64,000 nt of DNA, taken from the NCBI GenBank assembly GCA_963924565.1, contig OZ004610.1, forward strand, positions 7,068,001-7,132,000, read 5' to 3'. Every line of letters begins with the position of its first letter. The stretch's first letter is position 1. The position numbers and the translations under genes were made by a program. The notes beneath the pieces are model-generated. The model worked only from the letters and a program-made list of their open reading frames with translations. It was not told the DNA's origin and did no database searches. Positions 60,001-64,000 of this stretch are shown in pieces. The DNA is from Ascidiella aspersa (taxonomy: Eukaryota).

Positions 60001-61934
60001 TCGTCAATGGGAAGAATACGCCACTACACCTTTACACTTCTTTTACATTTACTTTCTTAACTTCAATGGTGAAAATAACGGCCCTAATAGACGTAAAAAG
60101 CGACATGCTTTATTGTTCAAATGTTTCGGCAAATGCTCATGCCATCATCAGTGATATTTGGGCCGTTATTTTCACCATTAAACTTACGAACAGATCCGTA
60201 TATAATGTTTCTTTACTTTCTTTTAGAAAAAAAAATAAAAAAAATCCATTATTTCGCAGACCTCGCAACCCGTTGGACTTGTACAGTTCACCATACAAGG
60301 GACCCCACGACCGTACCGACCGCCGCTCTCCCTCCCCCTACACGGACCGGCGCCGAGTCTCCAGGGAGCGTTCGCCCCTCCGGGGACTTCCCCAGGACAA
60401 GCCGGCCAAAAAGCGATCGCACGAAGGCTTCGGCGACATTAAGTCCCGGAGCCCGAGTCTTCAACAATCCGACGGGAATCGAAGCACCAAATCCCCGCCG
60501 ACGCACCGACGAAGCTCAAGCCCTCTTTCGCGCGGCGGACAGCGGCACAGCCAGACCGCCAACCCGTACCTGGCGCCGCCGGGCTCGAAACCGGGCCTGG
60601 GGCACGCGGAAAAAGAGGCCCAAGTGGCCCTAATGGCCCAAACGCACCCCTATCTGTTCCCCCAAGGAATTGGAAGTCTGTCCTCACCTTACGCGCTGCA
60701 GTCTTACCTGCGCCAAAGCGAAGCGTCGTCGGCCGCCGCCAAGGCGTCAGTAGCTGGCTTTGTTCCTCCCACTTATTCCACGGCGCCTGCTGCCGCAATG
60801 TACCGTGCCCCGGCCCCGACTGACGTGAGTATATATTTGTACTTTTTAAATGCCCTTGCCTCTAACCGTTTGCTGATAGTTTTTATTTACTTGCCTCCAA
60901 CAGTTTTACCTGTTTACGTTAACAGTTTAATTGTTAGATTCGATTGCCACACATTTTCCGACTTCCTGGCTTTCTCTCATTTTTCTCTGAACAAATATTT
61001 GCTTTTTTTTCTCATTTATAAAATGTCTCAAAATATTTTTGTTTTTTTCACTTAACTTCAGCCTGCATAACCTAATGGCAGTGGAACAGTAACCCAGCTA
61101 AACCGATGGTAATTTCAAAATTGTCACTTATTTCGTTTGCCACAAAGAATTAAAATTATCGCTGCAATTTTCTCGTCAATTAGTTAGAATACATGTGTCA
61201 TGAGGATAATAATATAATATATTGGCTAATAATATATATGGGATAATAATATATATTTTATAAAAAAAACAGCATGCTTTAAAAAAAACAGCAATCATGG
61301 GATAATAATATATATTTTATAATATACCTTTCATTACCGCATTGAGTTTAGATGCGAAACGTAATAATTAAGGCGACGCCCTTTGGAAAATTTAAACGAC
61401 CCACCAGGGCGTCGCAACGGACAGATTAAGAACCTAAGGCCTACAGAATTACCGCTATAACTACCTTACTTGTCCAAAACTTATTTGTTATACCTGCCTT
61501 GGTTTTACAATGGCGCCTGATCGTTTTACGAACGCCTCGGTTTTCGATAGCTCGTTTTTGAAGAATATGCCTTGTAGTTTATATTGTGAAAAAATCAGCG
61601 TGAAAGCTCAACAATTAGGTGTTTATTATGCCTGAATATTAATGTTTATAAAAATAAATGTTCATATTTTTCATATGTTTTGCTAAATATAGGTTTGCTG
61701 GATTGCTAAAACCAATGCAAGGACTATATAGGCCGACTATGAGTCGCAGCGCTACTTAACCCAACTAAACACGTGGCTTTGACGCAGGCGGCGGCCCTGG
61801 CCGAATACTCGCGTCTTACTGGAATCCACCCTTACGCAATCGCCCTGATGATGCCCCAGCAGCAGCAGCAACAGCAGCAGGCCGCCTTCCGCCAATCGGT
61901 GATTGCCCACGCTACACCCACGACCGCTCAGCAG
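17900..61934 (+). CDS. VGLL4: Vestigial-like 4 / Tgi-like TEAD co-repressor, 4 coding exons (794 codons), 3' end beyond window
   Basis: Four motifs are collinear with recalled human VGLL4: MESALDVLTKAAHFV ~ METPLDVLSRAASLV; PPLSPGKR ~ PPISPSKRK; SRERSP ~ RERSRSP; FRQSVIAHA ~ NRPSVITCA. Exon phases match (1,2,0). The TDU motifs are not in the window, so the call rests on these motifs. Confidence 0.85.
23122..23136 (+). promoter_or_regulatory. Tandem TEAD (M-CAT) site
   Basis: CATTCC-tgg-CATGCC with 3-bp spacer inside a GC-rich island (23050-23230). Confidence 0.5.
24213..24497. mobile_element. hAT (Ac-like) MITE with CCGAT repeats, 285 bp
   Basis: TIRs TAGGGATGACC / TAGAGATGTCC; TSD ATCGCTAT / ATCCCTAT (7/8); internal (CCGAT)n and duplicated CATCAGGT..GGCTCCGATCCGATATTAT. 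Confidence 0.85.
26976..28093. mobile_element. hAT MITE (outer element, ~390 bp without insert)
   Basis: TIRs CAGGGTTTCCCAAA at both ends; perfect TSD ATTTAAAC (26968-26975, 28094-28101); subterminal GGTCCG repeats. Confidence 0.92.
27083..27802. mobile_element. hAT MITE nested in the previous element, 720 bp
   Basis: TIRs CAGGGGTCGACAAC / CGGGGGTCGGCAAC; perfect TSD TTGTACAG (27075-27082, 27803-27810); subterminal GGCCC repeats. Confidence 0.92.
30785..31235. mobile_element. CAAGTCAAGT-family MITE copy (opposite orientation to 5352 copy)
   Basis: AACAAGTCATTTTG...AAGTCAAGTCAAG...CAACACTG end; left border degraded. Confidence 0.7.
33232..33400. repeat. Tandem duplication, ~85 bp unit x2
   Basis: TTTCGGGCTTTCTGTAA(A)CCTGCGAATGT..AAAAAAGGGGG..AAAT occurs twice. 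Confidence 0.85.
35440..35482 (+). CDS. Candidate alternative first coding exon of VGLL4-like gene (MDFKTSTLFQKLRK)
   Basis: caagATGG Kozak context; ends AAAG|gttttt in phase 1, compatible with the acceptor at 50334; follows a CpG island (34920-35400) with GATAAAA at 35212. The donor is weak. Confidence 0.4.
35591..35850. repeat. Tandem duplication, ~130 bp unit x2
   Basis: GCTTGTACGCCAAAGATGAATTGACTCTTGCCTTGGAATTAC identical in both units. Confidence 0.9.
37101..37133. repeat. (CCTTA)6 microsatellite
   Basis: Perfect pentamer run read directly. Confidence 0.95.
38624..38682. repeat. Tandem duplication ~31 bp x2
   Basis: TTTTTGTTTTAAAAAATCCC(T/C)CCTGCGA twice. Confidence 0.85.
39339..39514. 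promoter_or_regulatory. CRE/AP-1 cluster (candidate enhancer)
   Basis: TGACGTCA at 39339 and 39444, TGACTCA at 39508. Confidence 0.5.
41782..41895. repeat. Tandem duplication ~61 bp x2
   Basis: GTGTCC.G.TAAAAATCCACAAAT...GTCCCCATAT.TG twice. Confidence 0.75.
42323..42600. mobile_element. Old hAT-like MITE remnant (family shared with ~45290-45610)
   Basis: Begins CAGGGGTTCTTA; TTTTTCAAGAAAAGTGTTTAATTGAAAATCGCTTTGGCGCC aligns with 45381-45426. Confidence 0.55.
43805..44157. mobile_element. Palindromic (foldback) MITE with TA target duplication, Tc1/mariner-pogo type
   Basis: TA|CAGCAAC ... GTTACTG|TA; long degenerate inverted arms (AATTGAAATTGC; TTACCCACCCGA..CCCTAACCCAAATAA vs TTATTTGGGCTAGGG..TCGGTTGGGTTAA). 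Confidence 0.7.
45290..45610. mobile_element. Old hAT-like MITE remnant (family shared with 42323 copy)
   Basis: Collinear similarity to 42360-42600; ends ...CCCCCACTG. Confidence 0.5.
46370..46548. mobile_element. CAAGTCAAGT-family MITE, partial
   Basis: Repeated CAAGTCAAGT(C/A)ATTT units ending GTCATTACAACACT. Confidence 0.6.
47100..47665 (+). promoter_or_regulatory. CpG island / candidate internal promoter with non-coding first exon
   Basis: Very GC/CpG-rich block ending at donor CCAG|gtatct (47665/47666); splicing to 50335 would use the ATG at 50349. Confidence 0.4.
50335..51844 (+). CDS. VGLL4: VGLL4-like coding exon 2 (1510 nt, Q/H/P/A-rich)
   Basis: Branch/acceptor ctgacttttaccag| at 50334, phase 1 (G+AA=Glu) in frame with ORF 50349..51908; donor AAAG|gtattt phase 2; strong GC3 coding bias. 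Confidence 0.9.
51879..52040. repeat. Long hairpin with rearranged hammerhead-ribozyme core (Penelope-like relic)
   Basis: Inverted arms (CTCC..CAACATATCAATAGATTGAAATCG..GTGAAAACGAAGTATAAAC vs GTTCTACTTTGTTTACAC..CGATGTCTATCTATTGATAT..ATGTTGTCTGGAG) enclosing GACGTTTCG-GCAGC-loop-GCTGA-CCTGATGAAG. Confidence 0.6.
52388..52717. mobile_element. CAAGTCAAGT-family MITE copy
   Basis: CGGCGTTGTAATGACTTGAGTCAATG...AAAATGACTTGTTTACAACATTG, collinear with the 5352-5619 copy; TSD not retained. Confidence 0.75.
53800..56690. repeat. Dispersed direct duplication (~140 bp at 53800-53937 and 56492-56642)
   Basis: Shared AGTCTAAAAGACT..CAATTC.AAC.GAC..GGCGTGGAAAAACAAGT..AACTCGC.TA.ATTAGTGTGCTGT. The second copy is flanked by a further repeat GTGTATAAATATTTTTGTAAACTT.ACCAA.CC.GATTT (56436, 56643). 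Confidence 0.8.
54568..54582 (+). promoter_or_regulatory. Tandem TEAD (M-CAT) site
   Basis: CATTCC-agc-AATGCC with 3-bp spacer; further CATTCC at 54700 and CATTCT near 54747. Confidence 0.45.
58988..59016. promoter_or_regulatory. Double CRE with interleaved TEAD-like half sites
   Basis: TGACGTCA at 58988 and 59009 (21 bp apart, two helical turns) separated by ATGCCACATTCTT; CATTCC near 58963. Confidence 0.5.
59452..59502 (+). repeat. Poly(A) + (AG)n low-complexity tract
   Basis: Read directly. Confidence 0.85.
60260..60824 (+). CDS. VGLL4: VGLL4-like coding exon 3 (565 nt, RS/SP-rich)
   Basis: ttatttcgcag| acceptor phase 2 (AG+A=Arg), donor GAC|gtgagt phase 0; the GC-rich core of ORF 59880..61055. 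Confidence 0.9.
61788..61934 (+). CDS. VGLL4: VGLL4-like coding exon 4 (147 nt, polyQ and RQSVI motif)
   Basis: ttgacgcag| acceptor phase 0, donor CAG|gttagt; AAALAEYSRLTGIHPYAIALMMPQQQQQQQQAAFRQSVIAHATPTTAQQ. Confidence 0.85.
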
Positions 61935-61994
61935 GTTAGTATCGGGTTTTTGTGGCACGCGTAACCTTTTAGTGTGGCCCACGTTGTACTGGCG

Positions 61995-62299
61995 CAGTGT
62001 TTCGCAACCTTTTTTGGCTCGCGGCACCCTACAGAAATTACACATAGTTTGCGGCACCCTTGCTCGTATTTTTACTATGTGGTTAGCTCTAACGTTACAC
62101 TAAACGAGATTGAATCAGCACATTAAGTGTGCAACAAGGTAAGTTTTTAATTAATTGCACTTTTATCGTACACAAAAATTTAGAGGCTTACCCATAAAGC
62201 AAAAATGGGAATCCTAAAGAATTTGAAATATCTCTCGTCACCCTTGAGCGTTAAATATGGCACCCTAGAGTTCCGCGGCACCCCGGTTGAGAACCACTG
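61995..62299. mobile_element. hAT MITE, 305 bp
   Basis: TIRs CAGTGTTTCGCAACC / CAGTGGTTCTCAACC; TSD TACTGGCG / AACTGGCG (7/8); internal GGCACCC repeats. Confidence 0.88.
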
Positions 62300-62857
62300 A
62301 ACTGGCGTTTTTCTGTTTTTTGCTTGGTTTACTAAGTGCGGGCTGGTTTGTCTATTGCGAGATCTCAACAATAAGATATTGCGGCAATATTGGTCACTTC
62401 GAATACGACTGTTTTGGCAGTTGTTTTCCTTAGTTATCTTCTTCTATCTCTTCAAGTCGACTATATCGCATTGTTTATATATTTCTAACCGGGTGTGATT
62501 TACAATGCCCGAAAGTGCCGTAAGATTTTTGGACGCTTTAAAATAACAATTTTAACTCTATCGGTAAGCCTTTTCTTGTGTACGTTTAGAATGGAATAGA
62601 TCCAATTATCATTTTCCGACGTGTGTGGAGTTCATTGTGTTGTTCCTGTTTATAGTGACCTTACAGTAAACCACCTAATAGAAATGCTGGTAGGTGTGCC
62701 GTAACCTGTTTATTATATCTGGGGTGTGTCGTATGCCATAAAAGATCTGGAATCACTGTAATACACCTCCAATGGTTACATCAACGTTGGTATGAGGGTT
62801 GCGAAAATGGGTATTTAGGTACGGCTGTCGTACCCCTTTTGCTGCCTGCCAAATTTG

Positions 62858-63255
62858 TAGAACATCTCAAGTCAAGTTTTTTTCTAAAATTACAAGTCTA
62901 GCTCAGTCAAAGTCATGAACGGCCCAAGTCAATAAACCCAGTCAAGTGATTTCTAGAGCAAGTCAACTACAAGTCAAGTCAATGATAAAAAAGTAAAACG
63001 TTACTCTATAAAATTTGTAAAACCATCTTTTATAAGCAATAACTAAACTAAAATTATCAAAAAACTTAACTATGTTAAAAGCCAATTGTTTTACGTACAA
63101 CAATTGAAATCAATAACCATAAAAAAAAAATAAAAAAAAATGATAAAAAAATGGTGAATGGAATCACTTACCATTAAGTCAAGTTATTTGTACAAAATAC
63201 TAAAAAGTCAAGTCAAGTCACTTTACCAAAACGACGTCAAGTCGAGTCATTGGAA
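62858..63255. mobile_element. CAAGTCAAGT-family MITE copy
   Basis: Two clusters of CAAGTCAAGTC repeats around an AT-rich core shared with the 30785 copy (AATTGTTTTACGT.CAA). Confidence 0.7.
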
Positions 63256-64000
63256 TAGAGCACCGCACGTAGCTCCAAATTATGACAAAATCTGCGGTCT
63301 GCCTTACGATAATCGCGTGGGCGTTGATTTGGCGGCTGAACCTGACATCGCATTTATGAAAATGCAGACGATCTTTTCGACTGCGGTTTTTCTTATAGGT
63401 CTTTCGAGCCGGGCGACCTTTTCTGTTGTTCCAAATATTGCAAAACGTTACTGCTCGAAGGAAACACTCAGAAGGGCTATCTAATTTACATACCGATTTG
63501 ACCGCAGATTTTTTTTAGACTTTTGGGTTTTTTGGGACATTAATCCCGGGTGCTTTTCACAATGAGTCCATTTGTCTTTTCAAAATTAACCCTAGTGTTA
63601 AATAGTGCAATGCAAACTGGAACTGGCCTAAAACCATTGTGTCATTTTATCATCCATTTTAATCTACAATGATGTTTTCAAAGCACCTTTTGAAGAAGTT
63701 GTCCCTCGCGGAAAAGCTTTAGTTTGTATGAGCATTACCACGCATCGGATATATCGTACACCAGCCTAAAACTCACAGTAGCCCTAACATAGGATAGTTT
63801 CTGATCACACTAATTCAAGTCTATAGGATTGCTCTGATGTTAAGACTGGAATAAATCCCTGGCAAGCTGGTACAGTCTTATTATTTATTCATGAGGCGAC
63901 GGGCCAGTTGTCTCTATAGGGCCAGGTGTGATTCATACGATACAGCCTGCGACGAAGAACCGCACAGGAAGCAGAATTGTAAACATTCCAGCTTAACTCT

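Noticed and set aside
59880-61055. 391-aa single-exon ORF with hydrophobic ends (membrane protein?)
   Set aside because: Only 60260-60824 is GC-rich and bounded by splice sites. The hydrophobic flanks are T-rich intron read-through, though intron retention cannot be excluded.

Overview
Eukaryotic, AT-rich invertebrate animal DNA. It looks ascidian/tunicate-like in composition and repeat content, but that is inference only. Two intron-containing genes diverge. On the minus strand are the first five coding exons of UPF2 (NMD factor, first MIF4G domain; 2889->337), running off the left edge. On the plus strand is a very large VGLL4/Tgi-like gene (Hippo-pathway TEAD co-repressor). Its four phase-compatible coding exons (17900-18059, 50335-51844, 60260-60824, 61788-61934) give 794 codons, and the diagnostic TDU motifs must lie beyond the right edge. 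The protein is far longer than vertebrate VGLL4 and carries a string of short motifs: a Sin3-SID-like helix, eh1-like, CtBP-like, PPxY and RxSVI. Its 32 kb first coding intron holds candidate alternative first exons and many CpG-rich islands. Across the locus there are 8 perfect CRE palindromes and tandem TEAD sites. There are many non-autonomous DNA transposons with clear 8-bp TSDs (hAT-type MITEs, one nested pair), a hairpin with a scrambled hammerhead-ribozyme core, and a candidate unannotated spliced micro-gene head-to-head with UPF2. Most entries in the ORF track are spurious.
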